The notes: generated by a model not told the origin, from the letters alone. A DNA stretch of 32,000 nucleotides from Synechococcus sp. A15-28 (GCF_014280175.1 NZ_CP047931.1:1230001-1262000); one strand, 5' to 3'; counted from the first letter of the stretch, positions 1 to 8,766 are shown. Made by a program: numbers and translations.

Positions 1-2
1 GC

Positions 3-782
3 ATGGAGCTTGCACGGCCGACCCTGGATGAAATCCTGGCAATGAGCTTTGACGAGCAGACCAAGGTGATGTGCGACCTGGCTGCCAAAATCAACAGCCC
101 TGTTTCTGTTCGATACGCCTACTGGTCAGTGAACGTGAAGCTCTGCTTCTGGTATGAGCTGGGAGAGTTCATGCGCCAGGGCAAGGTGGCACCCATTCCT
201 CAGGGCTACAGGTTGTCCGCCAACGCCAACTCCGTGCTGGAGGCCGTCAAGAAAGTGGAGCAAGGCCAACAGATCACTCTGTTGCGCAACTTCGTGGTCG
301 ATATGGGCTACGACCCCGATGTGGATGACAGCAAGGTGGTCTCCGAGCCGATCGTGGCACCGACACCGGTTGATCAGCGGGAAGACATTCTGATCCCCGG
401 CGTGCTGAATCAGACCATCCTTAGTTACATGCAGCTGCTTAATGCCAACGACTTTGATCAGCTGATCGATCTGTTTCTCAATGATGGTGCGCTGCAGCCC
501 CCCTTCCAACGTCCCATTGTTGGCCGCGAAGCCATCCTGAAATTCTTCAAGCGCGATTGTCAGAACCTGAAGCTGATGCCCCAGGGCGGTTACGGCGAGC
601 CAACGGAAGGTGGCTTCAACCAGATCAAGGTCACCGGCAAGGTGCAGACCCCTTGGTTCGGTCGGGACGTTGGCATGAACGTGGCCTGGCGTTTCCTGCT
701 GGATGAGAATGACAAGATCTATTTCGTAGCCATCGACTTACTGGCATCTCCAGCCGAGTTGCTCAAGCTGGGTGGCAAATGA
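3..782 (+). CDS. ocp: Orange carotenoid protein (OCP), 5' end cut by the window edge
   Basis: The ORF is open at the window start. The translation matches remembered Synechocystis OCP along its length: MCDLA, SANANxVL and GQQITxLRNxVVDMG in the N-domain; NANDFDxLIxLF, DGALQPPFQRPIVG, QIKVTGKVQTPWFG, AWRFLL and FVAIDLLASP in the NTF2-like C-domain. Confidence 0.93.
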   Translation: MELARPTLDEILAMSFDEQTKVMCDLAAKINSPVSVRYAYWSVNVKLCFWYELGEFMRQGKVAPIPQGYRLSANANSVLEAVKKVEQGQQITLLRNFVVDMGYDPDVDDSKVVSEPIVAPTPVDQREDILIPGVLNQTILSYMQLLNANDFDQLIDLFLNDGALQPPFQRPIVGREAILKFFKRDCQNLKLMPQGGYGEPTEGGFNQIKVTGKVQTPWFGRDVGMNVAWRFLLDENDKIYFVAIDLLASPAELLKLGGK

Positions 783-1503
783 GTTCAGCCCCCAGGCTCG
801 CAAAGGGTTGGTTCTGGCTGGTCTGATTGGATCAGCCTGGCTGCTCACCCTTGGCCTGGGCTTCAGCCTGCCGCTCCATCAGACCTCTTGGCTGCTGATT
901 GGCTGCTTGGTTCTGCTGAGGTCGTTTCTGCATACCGGGCTGTTCATCGTTGCCCACGACGCCATGCACGCCAGTCTCGTTCCGGATCATCCCGGTTTGA
1001 ACCGCTGGATCGGCAGGGTTTGTTTATTGATGTATGCGGGCTTGTCTTATAAGCGATGTTGCCGCAACCACAGGCGTCATCACCAGGCACCAGAAACGGT
1101 TGAGGATCCTGACTACCAACGGTGCACGAACAACAACATCCTGGATTGGTATGTTCACTTCATGAGCAACTATCTGGGCTGGCAACAACTTTTGAATTTA
1201 AGTTGTGTTTGGCTGGCGCTTACCTTCAGAGTATCTGATTACTCTGCGCAGTTCTTCCATCTGTTGTTGTTCAGTGTTCTGCCACTTATTGTCAGTTCTT
1301 GTCAATTGTTCCTGGTGGGAACCTGGTTACCCCATCGACGTGGAGCCACGACACGACCGGGCGTTACAACACGCAGCCTAAATTTACATCCAGCACTCTC
1401 TTTCGCAGCTTGTTACCACTTTGGCTATCATCGCGAGCATCACGAATCGCCTTCCACACCCTGGTTTCAGCTGCCAAAACTTCGAGAAGGATCATTGATT
1501 TGA
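772..1503 (+). CDS. crtW: Beta-carotene ketolase, CrtW type
   Basis: It has the three His boxes (HDAMH, HRRHH, HREHH) and hydrophobic segments typical of CrtW and membrane desaturases. The first codon is GTG at 772 and overlaps the ocp stop (780-782). There is no in-frame ATG before the first His box. Confidence 0.86.
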   Translation: MANEFSPQARKGLVLAGLIGSAWLLTLGLGFSLPLHQTSWLLIGCLVLLRSFLHTGLFIVAHDAMHASLVPDHPGLNRWIGRVCLLMYAGLSYKRCCRNHRRHHQAPETVEDPDYQRCTNNNILDWYVHFMSNYLGWQQLLNLSCVWLALTFRVSDYSAQFFHLLLFSVLPLIVSSCQLFLVGTWLPHRRGATTRPGVTTRSLNLHPALSFAACYHFGYHREHHESPSTPWFQLPKLREGSLI

Positions 1504-1548
1504 TTTTTTCCGATCAAGGCTGATTTCCTTAACACTACTTTTCCTTTC

Positions 1549-1869
1549 ATGTCGGCAACAGACTGGACATCCGAAGAACAGGCTGTTGCCCGCACTGCTT
1601 TCGAGCTCGGCAAACAGCGTTCCATCACTGCTTTGATTACAACTCTGCAGGAGCAGTCCAGAAAGCTTGATACTCCGGAATCGATCTGGAAGCTGCATGA
1701 CCACCTCAGCACTGAGCGCTATTTGTTTGAAGGACGCGCTGAGTTTGACAAAAGCAACGTGTTATTCGTGTTGGCCGACATGATTAAACAACGTCTGATC
1801 ACGATGGACGATCTGCAGGGATTGGATCAAACCAAAGTGAGCAAAGTGAAAGCAATGTCGATGTTCTAG
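1549..1869 (+). CDS. frp: Fluorescence recovery protein (FRP)
   Basis: The 106-aa helical protein matches remembered FRP (W-S/T-x-x-E near the N-terminus, IWKLHDxLS, FVLAxxIK). It sits in the canonical position downstream of ocp. Confidence 0.85.
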   Translation: MSATDWTSEEQAVARTAFELGKQRSITALITTLQEQSRKLDTPESIWKLHDHLSTERYLFEGRAEFDKSNVLFVLADMIKQRLITMDDLQGLDQTKVSKVKAMSMF

Positions 1870-1906
1870 ATGCACCCAAACGTGGTGTCAGAACCGCCGC
1901 GCGATT

Positions 1907-3112
1907 TCAACGCAGTGACCGGCCCTTCCAGGTCCATCCCTGCCCTGTGAGGGTGCGCCAGACGGAAACAGGCCCGATGGCACCGACGATCAATCCCCCA
2001 GCTCCCATCAACCACCAGTAATCGATGGGCAGCTGGAATTGCTGCCGCGTCCAGAGACGAAGAATGAGCTGCTGACCAACAGCCACCAGGGCGGCAGTCA
2101 AGAGCGCCAGCCAACACCCCTGCATCGGCGGAAGAGCCAGCAGCAACCCGATGGCAACGGGCAGCAGCAGCCAGGGGATGCTGAACATCACCACCACAAC
2201 GCCCGCCGCGGCAAGGGCCTTGACTGGATCGCGATCCAGCCCGAGACACCAGTTCTTCGTCCACCCCTCCCACAGCGCCGCCAGATCGGCATACATGCGC
2301 AGATCAACGGCGTCGAGCCCCAGCAGGTAACGCAAGCGATAGCCGCCCGCCTTGATCGTCCGCGCCAGGGCCAGGTCCTCCACCACCTCCGCCGCCAGGG
2401 CACGGTGGCCACCGATGCGCTGGTAGACACTGCGGCGGAAGAGCATGAACGGTCCCGCCGCGAAGGCGACGTCGGAGGCGGGATCATTGGCGGCCTCGAT
2501 CGGAAAACCCAGCCCCAGCAGGCTGGCCATGATCGGTTGCACCATCCATTCGGCCAGGCAACCGCAGGTGAGTCGCGGCGCCAGGCTCAACAGATCCGCC
2601 TGATCCGAGATCGCCTGGGCGAGGGCGCGCTGCAGGGCATCGGCCTGCAGCTGCACATCGGCATCGATGAACAGCACCCAGTCGCTGTGGACCTGCTCCA
2701 TCGCCCTGGTGCAGGCCCAGTTCTTGCCCACCCAGCGTTCCCCCGCCGGACGCGGTCCTGCTGACAGCAGGCTGAACCCTGCCGAGGTGTGGGGGAGATG
2801 GGCCGCACTGGCCGCCGCCAACTCCGCCGTGGCGTCGCTGGACTCGTCATCCACCACCAGCACCTGCCACCCTACACAGGGCGGCGTGGAGCTGAGAACG
2901 CTCTCCAGACAGAGGGCGATGTTCTCCGCTTCGTTGTAGGCCGGAATCACCACCGTGAGGGAGGTCTCGGGCAAGGGCTGCACCTGGGGAGGCTGCAGCT
3001 GCGGCGCCACGGAAAACACCCGCCAGAGGCCGAGCTGGAGGATCAGCAGGCCGATGCAGGAGGCCATCGCAGCGGCCAACAGCCCCAGTGCAACGATCAC
3101 CGGTGGATCCAA
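1907..3112 (-). CDS. Family 2 glycosyltransferase, membrane-anchored
   Basis: It has the GT-A signature VVIPAYNEAENI, VVDDESSD and FIDAD (DxD), an N-terminal TM helix and C-terminal TM helices. The track start at 3112 is TTG; the first in-frame ATG is at 3067. Confidence 0.8.
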   Translation of the reverse strand: MDPPVIVALGLLAAAMASCIGLLILQLGLWRVFSVAPQLQPPQVQPLPETSLTVVIPAYNEAENIALCLESVLSSTPPCVGWQVLVVDDESSDATAELAAASAAHLPHTSAGFSLLSAGPRPAGERWVGKNWACTRAMEQVHSDWVLFIDADVQLQADALQRALAQAISDQADLLSLAPRLTCGCLAEWMVQPIMASLLGLGFPIEAANDPASDVAFAAGPFMLFRRSVYQRIGGHRALAAEVVEDLALARTIKAGGYRLRYLLGLDAVDLRMYADLAALWEGWTKNWCLGLDRDPVKALAAAGVVVVMFSIPWLLLPVAIGLLLALPPMQGCWLALLTAALVAVGQQLILRLWTRQQFQLPIDYWWLMGAGGLIVGAIGPVSVWRTLTGQGWTWKGRSLR

Positions 3113-3548
3113 AGGCTGTCGGCAGGCACGCCATTTCCACCATCGGCGGCTGCAGCTCCAGAGGCAATGCGCCTTAACACCGATTGCCCGATGTGCTCCA
3201 CCGCACCAACAATGTGTTCATCGAGATCGGAGGAGCCCATGACGGCCGACACTCCACCTGAGCACAGCTGAGAAGCAGCCTGACTGACTCGGCCCCTGCT
3301 CCAACAGTTTCCACCCATGCGTAAGGCTCGTCCTTTGGCAGGCATTCCTTGAGCGCCACGTCAATCGACACTCCACTGCACCGCCTTTCAGGTGCCCAGG
3401 AGTCCCCAAGCCTTCACCCCTGGACCCCATGGCCCCAGGCGCCAACCAGCCAGACGCTTCGACCGGTTCTTTCAGTCCCTTTGCTTGAGGTTCCAACTCC
3501 CTGAAGCATCACTGATCAGGTCGATTGCTATGCATAAACGAGCGAGGT

Positions 3549-3580
3549 AGGCCGTCCTTCCCATCCGGGAGGGGCGGCCT
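3549..3580 (+). terminator. GC-rich 14-bp hairpin, possibly a terminator or RNA 3' end on the + strand
   Basis: AGGCCGTCCTTCCC/ATCC/GGGAGGGGCGGCCT pairs continuously. Its two G.U wobbles would be A.C mismatches on the - strand. A weak T tract (TCCCCTTT) follows. No annotated + strand gene lies upstream. Confidence 0.3.
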
Positions 3581-3798
3581 TCCCCTTTGAATGGACTGCT
3601 GCAATTCAGCCGCGGAGCTGATGTTTACCCAACGCAATCTTTGATTTGCCGGATGTCACCTTTCCGCATATGTTATTTCTGTGAAGAGAAGCGCAGAAGG
3701 AAGATTTCCTAACGCGGTGCATCCTCTGGACTGTTTGATGGCACCCCTGATCCCTCCACGGCGTTGACTTCACGCAACCGTGATTCCGGAGCAAAGCG

Positions 3799-3963
3799 AT
3801 GACATCAACCCCAGTGATGACCACCCGTGATGGAGACACTGTGAGCATGTTCAAGGGAGTGGACGGTCCGCTTTTCCGCGCCTGCAACGGCAACCGCTGC
3901 GTGATCTGCCGCGACCTGGTGATCGCCCTCGAACATCTCAAGGTGTGGCGGCAGAAGCTCTGA
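3799..3963 (+). CDS. Small hypothetical protein (54 aa, C-x4-C-x2-C)
   Basis: ATG..TGA ORF below the track threshold: MTSTPVMTTRDGDTVSMFKGVDGPLFRACNGNRCVICRDLVIALEHLKVWRQKL. Third-codon positions are strongly G/C. The listed antisense ORF 3606..4046 is Arg/Ser/Pro-rich and looks like a shadow. Confidence 0.4.
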   Translation: MTSTPVMTTRDGDTVSMFKGVDGPLFRACNGNRCVICRDLVIALEHLKVWRQKL

Positions 3964-3987
3964 TCAACAGAGAACGAGGGCTGCGGT

Positions 3988-4224
3988 CTACCTCTGGCGT
4001 TTGAAGGTGTAGCAACCACCGTGGTAGCCGGTGAAGGGCTGGGCATAGGTGGTGAGTTCCCAGCCCTGCTCCCCCAGCTCGTTCATCAACCCCACCAGAG
4101 TCACATCACGCTGGGGGTGGCTGCGGGAAATGATCTGACGATCATCCAGCCACAACTCCTCGATCTCACCGGTCCACGATTTACCGCGGGGCACAAAGCG
4201 GAGCTGGGTGTATTCCCACTTCAT
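3988..4224 (-). CDS. DUF4177-like small protein
   Basis: MKWEY at the N-terminus and LMNELGEQGWEL match the remembered DUF4177 pattern. It lies 24 nt downstream of the preceding - strand gene. Confidence 0.65.
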   Translation of the reverse strand: MKWEYTQLRFVPRGKSWTGEIEELWLDDRQIISRSHPQRDVTLVGLMNELGEQGWELTTYAQPFTGYHGGCYTFKRQR

Positions 4225-4248
4225 CGCAGACCGGGAAAGGGCAGTGGA

Positions 4249-4500
4249 TCAAAGCACGCCGAGGGGGCCCTTCTTCTTCTTGCAGTAACCAGCGCCGATG
4301 TTCATCCAACCGGCCTTGCAGGCCTGGCCGTTGGTGGGAGCCACCTCGTAATAGACCGGGGAGACGCAGGTGGTGCCGAAGGTATTGACGTAGCCGGCCG
4401 GGCACTGGTCATAACCAGGGGCCTTGGGGATCTCCTTCTGGGCCAGGGCAGCGGAGGGAGCCAGCACTAGGGGCAGCAGGGCGAGAAGAACGGAGCGCAT
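4249..4500 (-). CDS. Small secreted Cys-containing protein
   Basis: The start was moved to the internal ATG at 4500, giving MRSVLLALLPLVLAPSAALA (signal peptide) followed by a mature part with 4 Cys and a KKKKG tail. Confidence 0.6.
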   Translation of the reverse strand: MRSVLLALLPLVLAPSAALAQKEIPKAPGYDQCPAGYVNTFGTTCVSPVYYEVAPTNGQACKAGWMNIGAGYCKKKKGPLGVL

Positions 4501-4619
4501 CAGTCGGAACACTGCAAAAGAACCCACAGTCTTTAGACCAATCGGTCGCCATCGACAGCTGTTCAGGCGACCTGTGTTCCAAGGATCCGACAGAGTGCCG
4601 ACACTGAACATTCACAACC

Positions 4620-4922
4620 ATGACCCCTCCCAGCCGCGATCAGGTGCTGGCGGCCTCCGCCGGCTGGGTGGCCGTGCTGCTCAACGTGGTGCCTGGCCTG
4701 GGGGCCGGCTACCTGTATCAGCGCCGCTGGCGGGCCTACTGGATCACCTCGGCGGTGGCCACCGCCTGGTTCGTGGCCGGTGCCGTGCTGGCCCAGGACG
4801 CCGATGCGGCCGCAGAAGCCCAGAACCAGCTGGTGGGGCTGATCGGCCTGCTGGTGCTGGCGGGGGTGACCGCCACCGAAGCCGGTCTCGAGCTCAAGCG
4901 GGTGCGGCAGACAAACGCCTGA
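4620..4922 (+). CDS. Small membrane protein (2-3 TM)
   Basis: ATG start, hydrophobic helices (WVAVLLNVVPGLGAGYLY; WITSAVATAWFVAGAVLA; LVGLIGLLVLAGV) and good GC3. Confidence 0.6.
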   Translation: MTPPSRDQVLAASAGWVAVLLNVVPGLGAGYLYQRRWRAYWITSAVATAWFVAGAVLAQDADAAAEAQNQLVGLIGLLVLAGVTATEAGLELKRVRQTNA

Positions 4923-5378
4923 TCAGACCTTCAGAGCCACACTCTCGTGGCTCAACAGAGGGGCATGCAGCAGATCGAACACAGCATCGATCCGTTCCGC
5001 CTCCGGTTGTGCAATCGACAGCATCAGTGCGAGCACATCCAGGTGACGACGTTCCTCGGCTGAATAAGGGCCATCCGATCGCATCAACTCAGAGGCCATC
5101 GCATAGGCCGTCAACGCCTGGGCAGGGGTGAGGACTCCAGCCGCCTGAAGCATCAACGCCTTGTTGCCACGCTCCCGGCGCAACGCCAGCACAGCATCCA
5201 TGAGCAGCACCATGTCGTTGTCGCTCATCCGGCAATAGGGCTCTCGGTAATCCAGGGCATGGCGCAGGGATCGAGCCCCGGCCCGCGACAGGGTTCCATC
5301 CCAGGACACGGCCGTCAGACCGACGGCGGCAAACGCGGTGACAAGGTTCATGCCGGCCCCAAACAACTGACCGTTCAA
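4923..5378 (-). CDS. TerB-like (tellurite-resistance TerB fold) protein
   Basis: AYAMASELMRSDGPYSAEERRHLDVLALMLSI resembles the TerB motif A-x-ADG-x-x-x-x-E-E-x-x-L. This is called from memory only. Confidence 0.55.
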   Translation of the reverse strand: MNGQLFGAGMNLVTAFAAVGLTAVSWDGTLSRAGARSLRHALDYREPYCRMSDNDMVLLMDAVLALRRERGNKALMLQAAGVLTPAQALTAYAMASELMRSDGPYSAEERRHLDVLALMLSIAQPEAERIDAVFDLLHAPLLSHESVALKV

Positions 5379-5461
5379 CCTGCAAGATCAGGAGGGGGAC
5401 GTTTTGTCAAAACCACCACGGATTGGGACATCTGAGTGGATTCACTCAGAGCCCAGGGGGG

Positions 5462-5626
5462 TTACTCAGGCAGGCGTTCCACAGCAACGTGCATGAAGCG
5501 TTTGACCATGGCCATCGGCCAGCCCTCACGCTGCAGTTCCTCAGCGATCTGATTGATCTGATTGGCAATCTCCTCAGCCACCAGCTCCTCAAGCAAGTGG
5601 TTGGAGTGCTGGGTGGATGCAGTCAT
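5462..5626 (-). CDS. Small helical hypothetical protein (54 aa)
   Basis: ATG..TAA ORF below the track threshold: MTASTQHSNHLLEELVAEEIANQINQIAEELQREGWPMAMVKRFMHVAVERLPE. It looks more protein-like than the listed + strand ORF 5423..5653. An 8-bp hairpin (5431-5450) lies just downstream on the - strand. Confidence 0.4.
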   Translation of the reverse strand: MTASTQHSNHLLEELVAEEIANQINQIAEELQREGWPMAMVKRFMHVAVERLPE

Positions 5627-5740
5627 GGCATTGGTGATCCTCTACGGGCCTAACCCATCCAGGGCGACGGGCGCCACTGCAACATTCACGACCACCGCCG
5701 ACAGCGTCAAGGCGTACGGTCTCTGCACTCTGGAGACGCC

Positions 5741-6037
5741 ATGAAGAGGATGGTTTGGGGGATGATGCTGGTGCTTCTGCCGACAGCGGTGCTGGCGGAA
5801 TCCAGCTTCGAGTGGACGGAGACCACCAGCAAGGAGTGCAGGAGTTACTTCCAGCAGGCCTACATCGACCAGGCCCGGACGCTGCCGCCGAAAGGCATGG
5901 GACGGGAGTACTGCGGATGCGTGAGAGACGCCCTGATCACCAATCCAGCCGCCGCTGATGTTCCGCGGATGTGTTCACTGGCGGTGAATTCCAGATTTCA
6001 AACAGCATCACAACCGGTTAACACCCCAGATCTGTAA
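5741..6037 (+). CDS. Small secreted protein
   Basis: Signal peptide MKRMVWGMMLVLLPTAVLA followed by a mature part with 4 Cys. Confidence 0.6.
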   Translation: MKRMVWGMMLVLLPTAVLAESSFEWTETTSKECRSYFQQAYIDQARTLPPKGMGREYCGCVRDALITNPAAADVPRMCSLAVNSRFQTASQPVNTPDL

Positions 6038-6257
6038 CGGGCCATCCCCTGGAAAGATCGGGATAACTCAGGCAGCCACTTTGAAGCTGTGTCCGACAGC
6101 GTTCAACACCAGCCGATCCGTCTGCACAGCTCCATTCACGACGACCAACCGTGTGAATGTCTGAGCTGCCGCAATCTCAGGGCCGCAATCCAGAGCGCCA
6201 TGCCAAGGCACAGCCGATGCCGTTGCAGCGACGCTGAGCTGTTGGCAAGGTGAAGGG

Positions 6258-6410
6258 ATGAAACAAGCCTCCTTGCTGCAACGCCTCGGCACCTATCTGC
6301 TGGGCTTGGTGGATGAATACTGGGCCATGCGTCGGCCTTGGCAGTACGGCAACAAGCAGCCCCAATGTGGCCTGCAATGCGACGGCGGCCATTGCCAGCG
6401 CAGCGACTAG
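6258..6410 (+). CDS. Possible small Cys-rich ORF (50 aa)
   Basis: Sub-threshold ORF MKQASLLQRLGTYLLGLVDEYWAMRRPWQYGNKQPQCGLQCDGGHCQRSD with about 80% GC3. An 8-bp hairpin (6437-6466) lies downstream. No family was recognised. Confidence 0.25.
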   Translation: MKQASLLQRLGTYLLGLVDEYWAMRRPWQYGNKQPQCGLQCDGGHCQRSD

Positions 6411-6564
6411 ACCGGCTCAATCCACAAGGAAGGGGTGGCGACCGCTGGGGTGAGAGGACGGTCGCCGGACAGAGCCAACTTCCCGATCAGCTCCACCCTT
6501 GTTTTAACCACGGCTTAAAAAAGCAACTGTTTGAATGGCTACAGAGTTGTTTTGAGCTCCCCCC

Positions 6565-6882
6565 ATGAATCGTTCGGCGCTGGTTCTTGTCTTGTTGGGT
6601 GCCCTGGTTCCTGGGGTAGCCCGGGCCAACACCACCACAAGGGAGCAGCAGTCGGTGATCGCACGCTGGACCGGCGAGAACATCTGCAAGATGGGCACTG
6701 AACGGTTCTATTCATTGCCGGAGGAGGACGTCCGCAGCATGTTTGAACGCCAGACATCCATGCGCTACAACGACATTCCGATCAACCCAAGTGAATCGGA
6801 ACGCAACCGAATCACAGCCCAACTCACCGGGTACATCACCGCCGTCTGCCCGGCGGAACTGGAGAACTACCGGAAGCGCTGA
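6565..6882 (+). CDS. Small secreted protein
   Basis: Signal peptide MNRSALVLVLLGALVPGVARA followed by a mature part with 2 Cys. Confidence 0.6.
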   Translation: MNRSALVLVLLGALVPGVARANTTTREQQSVIARWTGENICKMGTERFYSLPEEDVRSMFERQTSMRYNDIPINPSESERNRITAQLTGYITAVCPAELENYRKR

Positions 6883-6887
6883 ACCGA

Positions 6888-7106
6888 TCAGGAACGATGA
6901 AGTTGCCGCAGCAATTTGGCGGCCAACCCTCTGGACAAGCGCCGATTCACCAGCAGATCGCAGATCCAATCAAACAGTGGTGGCGCATCCTCCAGCTGGG
7001 CCAACCGCTGCTCGAGCTCTTTCAGGTCCTGGACGTTCTGACAGCCCCGCAGTGCATCAATCAGCGTGTCCTCGGATGGCTTACCTGACAATTGGGTCAC
7101 AACCAT
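6888..7106 (-). CDS. Hypothetical helical protein (72 aa)
   Basis: ATG start and a plausible amphipathic helical sequence (LKELEQRLAQLEDAPPLFDWICDLL). No family was recognised. Confidence 0.45.
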   Translation of the reverse strand: MVVTQLSGKPSEDTLIDALRGCQNVQDLKELEQRLAQLEDAPPLFDWICDLLVNRRLSRGLAAKLLRQLHRS

Positions 7107-7423
7107 CTCGCTTCTGTTGCACCTGTATGAGTGCTAAGTGATCCGGGCAGGGTTTGTCAGCAGGAGTTGAGGAGATCAGCGCTCAACGGCGGCGCTTGAT
7201 GATGGCCGGTTTCAAGGGGCAGGCCAGGGCGTGGAAGGGTTGATGCTTGCCTTCCAGGATCATCGTGCCGATGGGATAGGCGTGGGCGAGTTCGAGCTTC
7301 ATGGGATTGGCATCTCGCAGGATCAACCACCTGCTACGGGTTCACGATGCCTCGCGCCGGACGGATCGACTACCCCAGCACCCCAAGATAAGAACATCAA
7401 CTCAGTGCCCTGCGGGGCTGAGA

Positions 7424-8134
7424 TCAGGAGTCCAGCGGATCAATCAATCCATAGAGCAACGCCGTCACCGCCATCTGGGTGCGGTCGCGGGCTCCGAGCT
7501 TGTCCATGGCATTGCCCACGTGGGTCTTCACCGTTTCAAGCGAAATGCCGAGCAGATCGGCGATGGAATTGTTCTTGAGGCCGCGGGACACCGCCGCCGC
7601 CACATCAAGCTCCCGCGGGGTGAGCTCCTCCACCAACGGCGGAAGATCGGGCTGTGGTGCAGACGCCGCCAGCCGGCGGATCTCCGCGGGGTAGTAGACA
7701 CCCCCTTCAGCGATGGTGCGCAGGGCACCGATCAGATCACCACGGCCGGTGCCCAGGCTTGATTTGAAGATCACACCATCGGCAAAGGCATCCAGCGCCT
7801 CCCGCACCAGGGCCTTGGTTTCCCGCTCCAGCACGATCAGCAGCTGGCAGGTGGGCAGCTCCGCCTTGACGCGTTTGAGCAACACCGGGCCGTAACCGGT
7901 TTCCAGGTCCGAACTGCAGATCAGCAGATCCGGCTGGGTGCGCTGCACCAGCTCAAGGCCTTCGTCTTCTGTGGTGGCCGCCCCCACCAGCGACGGCTGG
8001 ATCGGTTCAGCAATCGCCAGGGCGCTGAGGGTGAGCCGATCACCGAACACCAGCACAAGGCGCCGGTGTTCGAGCAGCTCGGCGGCCTGGGCGATCGCAT
8101 CCTGGGTGGTGCGGGAATCGAGCCGGAGTTCCAT
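7424..8134 (-). CDS. LuxR/NarL-type response regulator with an atypical receiver domain
   Basis: The C-terminal HTH is LTPRELDVAAAVSRGLKNNSIADLLGISLETVKTHVGNAMDKLG. In the N-terminal receiver-like domain the usual DD pair reads GD, and the phospho-acceptor region reads LLICSSDLETG. It lies 3 nt downstream of the DUF411 gene. Confidence 0.85.
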   Translation of the reverse strand: MELRLDSRTTQDAIAQAAELLEHRRLVLVFGDRLTLSALAIAEPIQPSLVGAATTEDEGLELVQRTQPDLLICSSDLETGYGPVLLKRVKAELPTCQLLIVLERETKALVREALDAFADGVIFKSSLGTGRGDLIGALRTIAEGGVYYPAEIRRLAASAPQPDLPPLVEELTPRELDVAAAVSRGLKNNSIADLLGISLETVKTHVGNAMDKLGARDRTQMAVTALLYGLIDPLDS

Positions 8135-8137
8135 GGC

Positions 8138-8641
8138 TCAGTAGCGCTCGAACACGGTTGTTGAACCGTCGTGGCCGATGGCCATCACCGCAAACGGATC
8201 CGCCGTCCTCCCCTTCACCTCCATGCCGGGGGAACCGATCGGCATTCCCGGCACGGCCAGGCCACGGATGTCGGGCCGTTCAGCCAGCAGGCGTTGGATC
8301 GATGATGCCGGCACATGGCCTTCGATCACATAGCCCTGAACGATGGCGGTGTGGCAGGAGGCCTGATCCGGCGCGATGCCATTGGCCTGCTTAACACGAT
8401 CCATGTCGTCGCTGACCTGATCGTTGATGCGAAATCCAGCAGCGGCGATGTGCTCGCCCCACTGGGTGCAACAGCCGCAACTGGCTGAGCGGTAGATCGT
8501 CATGGCGGGTCCGCTCGCCTCGGACGTGGTCGGCATCACAGAGGGGCCCTTGGCATCGCCGTGGGCCTGCACCGACACCGGCGCATAAAGCAGCAGGGCC
8601 GCCAACAGAGCGCCACAGGGAGCCAAGACCGTCCACGCCAT
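8138..8641 (-). CDS. DUF411 (CopG-like) periplasmic metal-binding protein
   Basis: Signal peptide, then the CGCC motif (SASCGCCTQW), HVPA and GMPxGSPGME, all remembered as DUF411 signatures. Confidence 0.8.
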   Translation of the reverse strand: MAWTVLAPCGALLAALLLYAPVSVQAHGDAKGPSVMPTTSEASGPAMTIYRSASCGCCTQWGEHIAAAGFRINDQVSDDMDRVKQANGIAPDQASCHTAIVQGYVIEGHVPASSIQRLLAERPDIRGLAVPGMPIGSPGMEVKGRTADPFAVMAIGHDGSTTVFERY

Positions 8642-8713
8642 CCCTGATCAACCGCAGCAACAACACAAGTCTCGCGAACCCTGCACGGGCGACAACAGGG
8701 GATTGGCGGAAAG

Positions 8714-8766
8714 ATCCCTCAACTGAGGGATGGATAGAGACTTCAAGCTCCCTCAATCGAGGGAGC
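8714..8766. promoter_or_regulatory. Two related perfect inverted repeats in a divergent intergenic region
   Basis: ATCCCTCA-AC-TGAGGGAT (8714-8731) and GCTCCCTC-AATC-GAGGGAGC (8747-8766) share the core CCCTCAA..GAGGG, with centres 34 nt apart. They lie between the DUF411 start (8641, - strand) and the DUF429 start (8798 or 8819, + strand). Confidence 0.4.

Noticed and set aside
2039-2764. Long ORFs antisense to, or in shifted frames of, clear genes. Examples: 2039..2764, 8391..9116, 13285..14019, 14046..14720, 14269..15033, 14922..15740, 20741..21298, 26857..27585, 28346..29098, 30366..30917.
   Set aside because: These are typical high-GC shadow ORFs. Their translations are Arg/Pro/Gly/Ala-rich and low in complexity, and they overlap genes with strong family signatures on the other strand or frame.
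3606-4046. A 146-aa - strand ORF.
   Set aside because: Its composition is Ser/Arg/Pro/Thr-rich, and it overlaps the DUF4177-like gene's 3' end. It is antisense to a shorter + strand ORF (3799..3963) with much better codon bias.
5423-5653. A 76-aa + strand ORF.
   Set aside because: The opposite strand encodes a cleaner 54-aa helical protein (5462..5626). The + frame reads like an antisense artefact.
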